Part shown: piece after piece, positions 1-11,861 of the stretch
Position numbering within the stretch: the first letter of the stretch is position 1
Layout: every line of letters starts with the position of its first letter
Origin: Podarcis gaigeae
Taxonomy: Eukaryota
Direction: 5' to 3' (one strand)
Length of the DNA: 64,000 nucleotides
NCBI GenBank assembly: GCA_964106915.2
Contig: OZ066914.1
Translations under genes and position numbers: made by a program
Notes under the pieces: model-generated
Told to the model about the DNA's origin: nothing
Databases searched by the model: none
Seen by the model: the letters and a program-made list of their open reading frames with translations, nothing else

Positions 1-1150
1 CCGCTGCGATTCATAGGTTCTTTCTGATGTAAGCTCTGTACGCATTAGATTTCCACCTCCCAAGATCCTTGATCCTCTCAGTGGAGAGCCCTAAGTGCAC
101 TGCGGTGGTAGCGGCCCCGATCCGAAAGGAGTGGGCTGCAAATTCCGCAGCGGGAAATCCGCAAGCTGCTAGTGCAGTGCGCAGCACGCGCGTGAACTGG
201 TGTCTGGCCAAGAGTGACCCGTCCGCATGTATAAGAAATGGGTCGGGGCCATTGGGTCTCAAATAGAGGAAACGCCTCGTATCTCTTACGGGACAGGGTC
301 CACTACCCTGTACGGCCGATAACCGTAGAAGAGCACCCTTACCGAGCTGGTCTGTCTTAGAGCTCCGCACCTGGACAATTAGCTCGGACTCGGACAGGGA
401 CAGATCACTTAATAGTATGCCTCTCTGAGAGTGAGCCGTCCCGCGTTCGCAGACTACCTCCCCAATGTGCAGAGCGCCAAAGAATGTGATGGAATAGGCG
501 GCCGAAAAAAGGGGTGCTTCATATTTTGACCAACATATCGCACGTAACATCCTTCCGCTGGACGTTGTGCCTGCGCCGAATCCGCCGCTACGGACCAGGT
601 AAGCTCCTTTTTTTTTTTTTAGACCCCTGTGCTTCCTCGCCCTGGCCGCCGGCACCATGCTGCGGCACAGCGATTTTGGGTAAACTGCACGGGCGGCTGG
701 CCAACAGGGAGCGAAAACAATGCGGGTCCTCGCCTCGCTATGTTGCAAACAGTCACGCTAGGAATAAAACTGCTCGGCAAAAATAAAACAAAAAAAAATC
801 TTCAGCTGTAAAAACCAAAACCGCTCAGCTGCTGGGCGAGGGGGAAAAGAGGGTGGTCCCTAGGCGTGCCTGGCCTTAAGTAGCCTAGGCCGTGCCTCCC
901 CCGCCCGCCAATTGGCGGGCTGGGTTGCAGGCACGCCCAGGGATTCCCCAACTCTCGCGGGGGAAAGGGAAGCTCCCGCGAATGTGGGAGGGGCCTGCCC
1001 GCAACACCCTCTCCTCTGCAGGCTCGGAAAGGGCTTTCCCTGCCATTCACCTCCTATATTCTCCAACATTTGCCGTATTGGAGGGTGGAAGGTGTGAAGT
1101 TTTATGAAAGGTTGATGCGTGTAGCACAGGAATCCTAAGGAGAGAGAGCT
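1..1150 (-). mobile_element. Internally deleted DIRS/Ngaro-like tyrosine-recombinase retrotransposon remnant, continuing beyond the left window edge
   Basis: CpG-rich block in an AT-rich background. The YR coding segment (11-550) is joined directly to a GC-rich leader-like region (~555-1150), with no gag/RT/RNase H between them. The right boundary is approximate. Confidence 0.75.
11..550 (-). pseudogene. Tyrosine recombinase (phage integrase-like) catalytic domain of a DIRS/Ngaro element, N-terminally truncated
   Basis: Motifs FFGALHIGE (first catalytic Arg position is His, CAC at 467-469), RSSKTDQ, CPV, HSFRIGAAT (HxxR), GRWKS and AYRAYIR (catalytic Tyr). Confidence 0.9.
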
Positions 1151-4100
1151 CACGTTTTAAAATCTGATTTGAAAACTGGGTTTGAAATTTGGGGATGCGT
1201 GACTGAATGAATTCTGTGAATAATAAATAAATTCTGAGGGGTATGTGAATGAGTCTCTGCCGTTAGAGCTGTAATGAGGTGCAGTAAGATAGGGTGCTGG
1301 ACCCAGACTTGGGCAGCTGTTCTCGTTTAAAGTTGTCATCGCTGAGACTAATTTTATGAATAGAGATAGCACTATTGGAGCAAATATGTATGCACTGGCT
1401 GTTTTTCTTTTTCTTACTAGCATTTTTATTCTGTCCCCATTTTAGAGTCTGCCTAACTAGGCATCTGATATAAAGATTTCTTTCTTTGTGTAGCCTGGTT
1501 GTACTTCTTAGACGTCATACAGCAAAATTCACCAGTTTGTTGGCTTCCCGTAGCATTTTCAAGGGAATAGGTCAGTACCATGCAAATAGGTGCTACATAG
1601 CTCCAAGCAAACTTTACATATGGTGTAACCTAACAGACCACAATATTACATCCTAGGATGTGTATGGCTCTAGAGCTCTATAGTAACTGTTCCCTGAAAT
1701 CTGTGGGAAACTGAAGATGCCCTATACCTGTTTTGATAATCATACTGTGAGGTCAGAGAAAAGTCACTCAGCTGTTAAGACACCCTGTGTGGCTCATCTT
1801 CCTTTAGGGCTTTGTTGGAACTAGGGGACAAAAGAGACTAGTGTGTGGAGGTTATACATGTCTGCTTGATACATATTTAATTTTTTAGGGTCTTGCTTCT
1901 TGGTGATTTCTGAGCTATTCTTATTGCTTAATTCAGGTTGCTGCATTTCTTCTTGCTTTTATTCTTAAGTTCCCTGCTTAAATATTTGGCAGTTTTAGCA
2001 TGTGGTACATTTTACAGTAATGCACGGTGTCCATTGCTGCTGCTGAGTCAGAAAGCAGGAGAGTTAATAGTAGGCAGAGCCAGGGGGTAATGACTAGCAA
2101 ATCTAGGACAGGTAGAAATGATTTAGTTCTTAAGGTATCATTTTTATTACCTTAGCTTGTTTTTAGAGCCAGGTGCTTAGCTTAGAAAGAAGCATCTGGT
2201 ATGAATAATATGGAAGAGACTGGTTCAGCCACAGCACATGTGCAGAATGCAGATTCCACACAAACACACCTAGGGAGTTTCCTCATGCCTGTATTTGTTG
2301 TGTCTAAAGGCTTGTGACTTAACACAAAAAGGCTGCAATCCTATGCACCTGTATAACCACAACATTAATGAAAGGCATTCTTTCATAGTAAAATCCCTAT
2401 AGAGCTTTCCTCTGATGGGATATGGAATACAGCCTAATGCCCTGCTCCTCAAATTCATTATCATTCACTACTACTAGTTTTAGATGGGAAGCTGCTTCTA
2501 TGCTAATAACAAGAGACATAAGGCTGCAATCCTGTGTGGACTTATCTGGGAGGTACATTTCGCTGAATGCACAGTTATGCACAGGATTGCACTGTGTGTC
2601 CTTTAGACTTTAAATATAGGAGATCTGGCAGATTTTTAGGATTTCCCGTACCAGTCTAGAATTAGATTGTCACAAGGACAATCCTCACTCTCGTAATACA
2701 ATAGTGCTTTATTCCCCAAGCTGCTTCCTATACATATGAATCTTGGAAAGCATAATCTGGCCCAGACAATAGCCTGAAATGATGACATTAAAATGTCATT
2801 GTTCTGGAGCCTAGGGATTTTTTGTGTGTGTCTTTTTTTTGAGTTGATACCTGAATGTTAACTACTCCTTTGTCGGCTGAGCTTAGGCTGATTGTGATAA
2901 CTATGCATTATGATTTGTATGGCTTAGAATTTTTTCAGCATTTCCCCGTTAAAGCAAGGAGAAAGCCTCCTTCTGAAGTATCAGAGAATAATAGATAGCA
3001 GAGTGTTTGACATGCCTAAGAAATGTATTCATTTTACATTTTGCATGCATAGGCACAGCGTGGAAAAAGTGTTGCAAGCATTTACTTTGTTCTAGGTTCA
3101 TCTGAATATACCCTGTGATGACAATGGGGGTAGTCAGAACTTTAATAAAGGGTGTGCATGCCTTAGGGAAGCATTGCAGTCTCATGTTTCTCACTTGAGA
3201 ATTTGAATAGAGTTGCTCCCTTTCTCTTCTATTATTATTATTATTAAAAAGCTGTAAGGCTAAAATCTTTTGTGACTTTCTGAGGTTTACACTTTACGAG
3301 GAATGCTCAAACCATCAGGGGAATAGTGATAACTATTTGCTTTGCTTAGCTTTAGCTAAGTATCTGAGGGTTTATTATTATTATTATTATCTCAAGGGAA
3401 GGATCTAAATACTTACCAGTAACTCTAGGAGCAGTTTCTGATTCCCTAACACTAGTGACACTCCCCATCATTGGCATATTTTAAGATAACTTTTGGTGAA
3501 AAATGGGTTAGGTGATGAAAAGTTGTATTTAATGGGTAGGCTTTTGTCTTACCCTATCCTAAGGATTCACTGTTTTGAAAAGTAAGATGTACAGCAGCAA
3601 TTCTAGTTAAAAACCAGAAAATTTTGAAAAGATTTAAAATTAAAAATACTCAATATTGGCTTGATATTAGGGGCTGAAACTCAGCTGAGTTCAAGGCCAT
3701 ATCACATGCTTCTCATCAGGCTTTCAGGGACTCTGTCCCATGGAGCACATGAAAAGGAAACTCCTTAATAAGGGACCAGCATGATCAATATCTGCATCTG
3801 TGTTCATATTTGGCACACAGTGGGAAGAGGAAGCTCTTGTCTGAATGTAGAGGTTGAAGTTTGTTAGGTGAGATGGGCACAAGTTTCCTAAGGGCTTCAC
3901 AATGCAGTAGTACCACTTCGAAATGTTCACAGACAAAGCACCAAAGCATGTGCTCCCAGTGGCGGATCTCAACTAGGAAGCAGGCTACCTTCATCTATAG
4001 CAGCTGTGTAGAACTTTAAACTGTGCTTTTACAGTCCACTGTGTCTAACCACATCTTTAGATGCAGCAGGTTAAGTGCTATTTGTTTCAGACCATTAGTT

Positions 4101-6685
4101 TTCTGAATTCCAAACGAAATGCAAGGCATCCAAACGCCTGTGGCCTCTGGTGTGATGCTCAGGTTCAATATGTACCCATGACATGTGATGAGGGCTGTAG
4201 TGGAGAATAGATAGTTAGCCCCCATGCTAACCTATTTTGTTCTTTTTGTCCTTGAGTGATATTGGGGAAAGCTGCATAGCTGTAGAAAGCCTAGGAGACC
4301 CATCTGTGCAATTTCCCAGCCCCATCTTTCCTAGAAGCGGGTAAGAAGGGATGTATCCATTTGCTTTTCTCTGTATCACTGTTGGTTCAATAAATGTTTT
4401 AATTCATCTCAATTTCCCAGAATAATTTATAATACTGTACTAGCAATGCAGAGATGGGTGCTGGCTTTTGGACAAAGCTTGGCTGTGATGGGCACTGAGA
4501 CACAGAAGCAGGTGCCTGGTGAAAGGACTGCCGCATGTGCTCATTGTGTACCCCAAGGTTCCCAAGGAACTAGTTCTAAAATAAATAAATGAGTGAACAA
4601 GATACGCTGGGAAGAGGGAAGCTTGCTCCATTGCCCAGAACTCAGTCCTCACAGCTTATAAAGGGTGCAGACGCCACCACATCATCATGGCTAGTGGAGC
4701 AGTGTATTTGTCTGTCTCTTGGTTCATTCAAATACTTAGTGTCAGATCAACAAATTTTGCTGTATGGGGCAAAAGCCTGCACTTCTGTTCCCTCTCCTGC
4801 AGGTTTGTGCCATCATAATCTGTGCCAGGATTCCTTCTCTTGGGTACAGCAACACCAGCAAGGGCAGGGGGCAAAACGTCTTTCTGCCCTTTGTGTCCCA
4901 TGCAGGCTTCCTTCTCTTGGTGGCAGTGGAGCAGCGACAAAGGGAGAAAGTATTTCTCCCATTCGCCTTCCGTGCTACTGCCACCACCAAAAGAAGGAAG
5001 TCTGCAAACTCATGCCCTGTCTTCCAGCTTCATGCCTTCCTCTTCTTGCTGGAGTGGGCAAGGAGCAGGCAGAACTTTCTATTGCCACCCATCTCTGCTT
5101 TTTAAAATAGTGGAAGCCAGCGGGAACATCTAGGAGGAAGAGTCAGGCCCTGATGACAAGATGGCATGGGAAAGTTGGGAGAGGCACGGCACAGTTACAG
5201 CATACTTTCAGTGACTCCTTACATTCCAGATGGGTTGAGCTTCCTTCTAGAAGAGATGGGTGGATGACCCCCCACCTCTTCTAATATGTGGAACTTGGCC
5301 GGAATGTAAAGAGTCACTAAGTGTGTGCTGCAGTGCTCCTATCTCCTACGCTGCCATTTTGCCACTCCCTTACCTGCCTCCTGGGACATGTGCCCTCTTT
5401 TGCCCTCCTCAGTCTGGGCCTGTGCTTAGAGACAGAATAATAAAAGGGTGCTGAGGAATGTCATGTTATGCTTGAAGATCACAGACTGCTTCTTGAACCT
5501 TGGGGGCCACTGCTACTTGATAAAGCTGCTTAAGGGCCAGGCTCTTCTTATATTGTCAGGGAAAAGACGCTCAGTTTTCTCAGCCATTGCTTCATATGAA
5601 TCATCAATAGCAGGCACACAGTAATTCTCTTCCGCAAACTTTGAAAAATAAACCATATCATAGTGTCATTAGCATTCATCTATAGAGTGCCAGGTGTGAT
5701 AAATTTGTCTAAAGTCCTGGGCTATATGAGAAATCATCAGATAATCTGACAGCTTAATAAGATGAAGTTAAAATAATGCTGCAACAATATTTTTATACAC
5801 TGATATAAGTATGAGCCACACCAATTTTTTTTGTTTATTACTTTGAAGTTGCTGTATTGGGTTTGGAGAACTAGGTTGTAGCAAGGTATTGGCTATTGTA
5901 GTCAATAAGCATGGATATGCCTATTTAAAAGAGGCAACACAAAGGCTGCTGCTTAGAGTCCTTGGAGGTTACAATAGGATGCAATTAGATTTCTTTCAAA
6001 AAGCTTACATATGAACCCACCCCCTCCCACCGTTTGCAAATCTATCAGAGGCCTGAATGTTCAGGCTGTATTCTTCCATGAGTCTGCAATGTCTAATTTT
6101 CCTCTGTAAGATTATAGCCCATTTAAATTGCCCATCGCAAATCAATTCCTACAGTGCAATTTAATGAAACCTTTTGCTGGCAATTAAGATTACAAATCTA
6201 GAAATGCTTTCTACATAACTGTCACTGTTAAGCTGGGTTACCTTGTTATCTTTAGAAGGGGGGAAGTGCAATGCATATTCCAATGGTGTGCTTTAAAAAA
6301 CTTTAATCCAATTTTAATGTTTAATCTAGGAAAATGTTTGCTATAAAGTATTTATTTTGTTTTTTAAAAATTAATTGAAACACATTTTCCAATATTAATA
6401 TTAAAATTAAACAGCTTTGAAAACCTTTCATGTAGAAATTCTGAAGGGAAAGGCTCAATTCCAGAGATCCTTTTTATACAAAAGTGAGATGGGTGCTGTC
6501 CTCAGTGACGATGTGGATCACATATTTGGGAAGTGAGAGTTAGAGTGTCTGAATTAATCCCATCTCCCAGTAGTTAACATTTAATGAGAGAGATCCTAGA
6601 GCACATCTCATTCCGTATGAGGACTTCTTGGTACCTGCCAATTCTACCCTCCCCTCAGCTTTGCCCCAACACACTTTTGTACTTA

Positions 6686-6889
6686 TATGACCTGATCCAG
6701 AAGGAAAATTCAGGTTTCTGCCATGCAGATTGTCTCTGTTGGATACAGATAATTTGGTTATTTTCCATTTAAAGCTCATGAAAGCTTTAGCTCATTATCA
6801 TTAGCCCCCCCCACACACACCTTCACCAGCAGTTATATGTGCAGTTGTTGGGGGGGCATATGTGTGTTTCCCTTCTGGATCAGGTCATA
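6686..6889. mobile_element. Small MITE-like element with 19-bp perfect terminal inverted repeats
   Basis: TATGACCTGATCCAGAAGG (6686-6704) and its exact reverse complement (6871-6889); non-coding interior. Confidence 0.55.
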
Positions 6890-9624
6890 CATCCTCAGAA
6901 TAGCTTTTCATGGTGGGACAGTCCAGGGCATTAGAAATATTGGGAACTGCTTTTATTTATTTATTTTTGTTGGAATCACGTGTTTTTAATTAGCACATGC
7001 ATTTCAAAAGTAAAATGATCAGACAGAACTTTCCCTTTTGTCATCTCTGTCCTGTTCTTCCACAAGTTTGATAACTGCTTGCATGCTGGCCTTGTGAGAC
7101 TTAACAGGCATGAGAAGTTGGACTTATCTCTCCGCCCAGATTTGGTAATTTGTTCAGCCATGGCAATCTGACAGCTCACATGCCTCGAAGCCAATGACAA
7201 CGGTTGGGATGTTTCCCACATTGACAGAGTTTCTGAATCATTTCCCATTAGATACTTAGAAGCATCTCTCAGCTAGAGATTTCCTGTGCATTAGGCTTTG
7301 ACAAACTAAGTGACAGTTTGCTTTTGAAGTGGTGGCTGTTTGTGAGCTCTGACTGAAGTGGCCTCTGGTTTAGATGCCCAGCTGTCCTCTTGGGGCTGGG
7401 CACACACTTTTTCCTGAGTGTTGGATTCCTTGTTTTCAGTGGCACTTTGCTGTTGCTGCCTTGCATGTTCCCCATCCCCCTTTTATTTTGGCTCCAGAGG
7501 ATTGTTTGACCACAAGACAAGAATCTTCGGTCAGAGGTTGTGATCTCTTTACAGGAGACGACTCCTCACACAATATGAAAGTCAAAGTAATAGCCTCTAT
7601 TGGAGGCAGACCTTTTTGTTTATGCACATCTGCACTATGCCCCTCATTAGCATTGATTACTACTGTATTGGTAACAGGCCTTTGACTAAAGCAATATATA
7701 GTTCCTTGAGAGAAGCACCCTAGATACTGGCAGGTGAGCCAGCCCAAGATCTAGTAATATGACAAGGAGAGGCATTCTCTACATTATGCTGATGGTCTGT
7801 TTTTGGTGCTGGAGATTATGGGGAATCTGTTAAGAAGATGAATCAGCACCCACCCCCTTTGGCAACTTGCTGAATATTCAGGGTTCACCATCTTCCACAT
7901 GGCTTCCTCCATGCACAGAAATGCTGCACTTCATAGGAGTCAACTTCTAGGGGTCAAATTCCCCATAGCCCATGCAATAAAACATTTGAGCCTCTCACTC
8001 CCAGTTGATAGGCATTGCCATTCAAGTAACATGTACACACTGCATCTTGTGATTGATTGGGCAGGGCAGGGCTTACCTGCCTCCTGCAATATTTTATTCA
8101 AGTTGGCACCCTTGCTGCACTCTCCACACACTTTCTCCAGTGCAAAATGTAAATTCAGAGCAAGCCGGATTTCCCCCTCCTGCTTTGAGATATCTGACTT
8201 TCAGAATTCATCTTCTCCAGTAGATCTCATGGGAAGTCAGAAGTTCTAACCATCAAAGCCACCCCCCCTTTTAAGTAAATGAAAGCTTTTATGAAGCAGA
8301 AGTAATAGTGTGTCAAATGTTTTCACTGTTGAACTTTGCTAGCCAAGAAACTATTCATAATGTCTGATAATAATTTAATATCCATTGATCCTTTGTTTCT
8401 CTTTTGCTGGCTGGCTGCCCAGATTCTGTAACGATGAGTAGCTGTCTATGTGACCTTTTTCATTATTGAATGCATGGTAATGTGCCATGCACGTTCTTCC
8501 CATTGCATCAAACACCAATCTTTAGGTAATGGGGAAAAGAATATCTAATTAGGGAAGCACCTTAACTTATTCTACAGCCCTGGAGATTTTAGCTGGGTTT
8601 CTTTTGTATGAGGTTTTGAAACTGTGCCTTGATTCTAAACTAACTTCTTGCTGGGGTGGGGAAGCAATTATTTCTGTTAACGTACAGATGATATCCATTG
8701 CATAGCATAAATTTTCACATTCAAGAATCACGCAAATGTTGTAAAACAGAGCTTCATGATTGCAAAATTATAGGTGGGTATTATGTGGGTGTAATTTATG
8801 CAAAATGATCTGCAATGATAAGTAGCCTTCAGGCTCAGGTACAACATGTTTATATTTCCCCCCAGGTTTATGTGAAAATAAAGAGACTTCTTGGAGCCAT
8901 CAGAATTAAAAATTCAGCTGATCAGTTCCCATCAACTGATGAGTTCCCATGACCTAATGTCCGTGCAGGGGCAGGACGGGACATGCTTTATTTGCCATCT
9001 GATACACTTTACTGCTTTTGACGGGATGTCTGCAAATACAAACTGAGGTTGGGATCCAAAGATCAGGCACATAGGTATGGGAGAGAAGCATACCTATAAC
9101 TGGAGCTTTGTTTGCTGCTATGATTGATTTATTGCATTTCTGTGCCACTTTCCACCCAAGTGAATCCCAATGCGGCTTGCAAACAATAAAGAACAATAAT
9201 ATCACAAGCACAGGCTTTTGCAACAGCAGTTGCTCTCTTTAAGAGACTTGCAGTTGTTGAGTTTGAAAAGCACCGTGTCTCTCTGGCAATGAGAAATCCT
9301 GCATCAGACAATAGCAAACAAATGTTATGTGCTATGTAGAGACATGTGGCACTGAAGTTGGTGCAGATTTGCTATTTTCATACCCCCCTGCATTTCTATG
9401 TGCCTCTTTCCCCCCAAAAAAAGAAAAAAAAGGATGACAGCTGCATTTACTTTTGCTTCAGTTGCCAAAATGTTCATGGCTACCCCTGGTGCCCTATATT
9501 GGGCCAGCTGACAGCCTGTGAGGCATGGAGCAATACTTGAATGGAGCCCAGAATTGGAAGATGTCATCCAGCAACTGCCTGCCAGTAGATATTTGATGAT
9601 AGCTAATCTGTTTCCAGAGACAGA

Positions 9625-9993
9625 TGGACGCGGGTGGTGCTGTGGTCTAAACCACTGAGCCTCATGGGTTTGCCGATCAGAAGATTGATGGTTCGAATCC
9701 CTGTGATTGGGTGAGCTCCTGTTGCTTGGTCCCAGCTCCTGCCAACCTAGCAGTTCGAAAGCACGCCAAACTGCAAGTAGATAAATAGGTTCCGCTCCAG
9801 CGGGAAGGTAAACGGCATTTCAGTGCGCTGCTCTGGTTTTGCCTGAAGCGGCTTAGTCATGCTGGCCACATGACCCGGAAAAACTGTCTGTGAACAAACG
9901 CCATCTCCCTCAGCCTGTAAAGCGAGATGAGTGCTGCAACCCCAGAGTCGTCTGCGACTGGACTTAACTGTCAGGGTCCTTTACTTTTGCCTT
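9625..9993 (+). mobile_element. Sauria SINE (lacertid POM/Squam1 type)
   Basis: tRNA-like head (GGACGCGGGTGGTGCTGTGG...GGTTCGAATCC), CCTTTAC-type tail, and 16-bp flanking duplication TAATCTGTTTCCAGAG (9604-9619, 9994-10009). Homologous copies at 25158 and 52142. Confidence 0.9.
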
Positions 9994-10475
9994 TAATCTG
10001 TTTCCAGAGCACAAGGCAAGGTTGAGTTCTGTAGGACATAGAGAACTCTTGAGTAACATCACCATGGCAAGACTGGACCTTGCTTTGTAGTCAATTGAGA
10101 AACTAAATTGCACAGCATTTCTATTGACTGCAAATCCCCACAGCATGATACCTTGGCACTGGGAAATTAGGAGTTCCTCAGCTTTTCTTCTTTGCTAAGA
10201 GCTTACAAGGGTGAATGGGTTTTTTTTACTGGTAGAACTGTGGGTTCCTGTTCCTCACTTAAGGAGGCTTATCCCCAAACCTTGTGGCAGAGTAAGGCAT
10301 TAATACTTTTTGCTGTGGGGGGCATGCAGATTGGCTTTGCCTTGAATTGCCCACCAGGGGGTTTGAAGGAACACGGACAAGCTGTTGCATTGTAATCCAT
10401 GTATGCTGGCTGTCTAAGGCAGGGTTCAGCAACCTTTTTCAGCCATGGGCTGGTCCACCGTCCCTCAGACCATGT

Positions 10476-10847
10476 TGTGAGAAGTCGTTCGTGGAAACAA
10501 ACAGACAAAGGACTTCAATATAAGGTTAACCCTTTTATTAGTCGCGTTTGCAAAGGCGGACCCTCCGTACCCGTGGATACGAAGAGCCCCGTTCAGGCGT
10601 AGGCGCAGCAGTTTTATCCCTACAGCTGCCGCCCCTCTCTCAGAGGCTTGGCTTACAATCTACTTATCAGAGTTCAACACATTTCTAATACATTGTCCAC
10701 TCTACACTAACCACTTCATCTATTATCAGATATGGGCCTACGCCCCTTGGATTTCTTTATCCTGTGTACGCAGCTCATGGGGACTTTCCAGACTGAGTTT
10801 GAGGCACACCCTCGCTTGTAATTTTTCCTTTATTTCTTAATCTCACA
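10476..10847 (-). repeat. ERV 3' LTR
   Basis: Direct repeat of 15524-15895. Minus-strand AATAAA at 10534-10539, TATA-like GATAAAA near 10612-10618, kB motif GGGACTTTCC at 10780-10789. Confidence 0.97.
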
Positions 10848-11859
10848 ATCCCCCCTCTCTTTGATACCTTGCCTCAAACTCACATAGCTGCTCCCAGTGA
10901 TTTCTCTCCTCCTCATCTGTCGGTATGGGTTCGTATCTCATTGCCATTAGTTGAGTGGTTACATGCCGCTGGGCTATTAGGGAGAGTGAGTTGTTAATAG
11001 TCTTAACGAAAATGGGCAATACACAGGGGATTAGTACGCATCCAGCGGCTATTAACCCAATTAAAGCTACAATGGCTTGTAATCCAGGTAATTTTGGAAA
11101 CCATGAGCTGAATAATTCCTTGAAGTTAAGGCCTTCCCATGTTTGCACAGGAACATGCGCTAACTTTATCATTCGGTCAGCTATATCTTTTACTACCCTT
11201 CCGCTATCATCTATTTCAATACAGCAATTTGTTAGATTAAATTTTCCACAAACCCCGCCTTCTTTCGCTAATAAATAATCGAGCGCTAATCTGTTTTGCA
11301 TAATATAGGTACGGCTTTTTGCACTTTCCTTAGCGAGTTTTGTTAAAGCGGCAGCGGTTTCATTAGTTATAATTTCTACTACAGCTTGTAAGCGAATAAT
11401 ACGATTTAATAGATAAATTGGGTCCCTCCCAAAAGATCCCGCTGTTCCATCATTAGCCCAAGTTGCGGGACCATAATATTGAATTATTCTTTCGGGGGGC
11501 CACTCATTATCCTGCCATGTCCCTATGTGAATCGCCCTCTTTCTCCTGGGCCCAATTTCTTCATATACAGGCATACCCAGCTTAGCTTTCGTCTCTAAGG
11601 GGAGTAAGAAGAAGCTGGGTCGAAGGGTGGTCAATACACAGGACCCTACCCAATTTAGAGGCAGCCTGTTATATGCATACCCCCCACATGCCCAATAAAA
11701 TCCATCTGGGGTTGTCCATTCCTTCGAGGTGTTTTGGGGGTCCTGGAGAAAGGTCATGTTAATCATGTTAGCTAATGCAGGTGGCCATTCTCTGGTAATG
11801 TTATCTGAACTCCACCATTGCTTATCATTCCACTGTCCCACACAAGGGGTATCTCCCAC
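10843..11859 (-). pseudogene. env: Env remnant (C-terminal SU plus complete TM), ERV3/HERV-R-like; signal peptide and N-terminal SU deleted
   Basis: Furin site RRKR; WPPERIIQYYGPATWA and LNRIIRLQAVVEIITNETA segments recognised as ERV3-type; immunosuppressive domain QNRLALDYLLAKEGGVC; CGKFNLTNCC; hydrophobic anchor IVALIGLIAAGCVLIPCVLPIFV. Confidence 0.93.
10848..10863 (-). other. ERV polypurine tract
   Basis: Minus-strand AAAGAGAGGGGGGA, separated by one T from the 3' LTR. Confidence 0.9.
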
Positions 11860-11861
11860 CT

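Noticed and set aside
551-748. N-terminal extension of the 245-aa ORF as real recombinase sequence
   Set aside because: It crosses a homopolymer run (KKKK) and leader-like DNA with no YR motifs; probably fortuitous.
4589-5133. Overlapping 100-173-aa ORFs in a GC-richer patch
   Set aside because: Open in several frames with no domain signature or clear splice structure; probably an old repeat interior.
9625-9720. tRNA gene
   Set aside because: The A/B-box-like motifs belong to the tRNA-derived SINE head, which continues into the SINE body and has a TSD.
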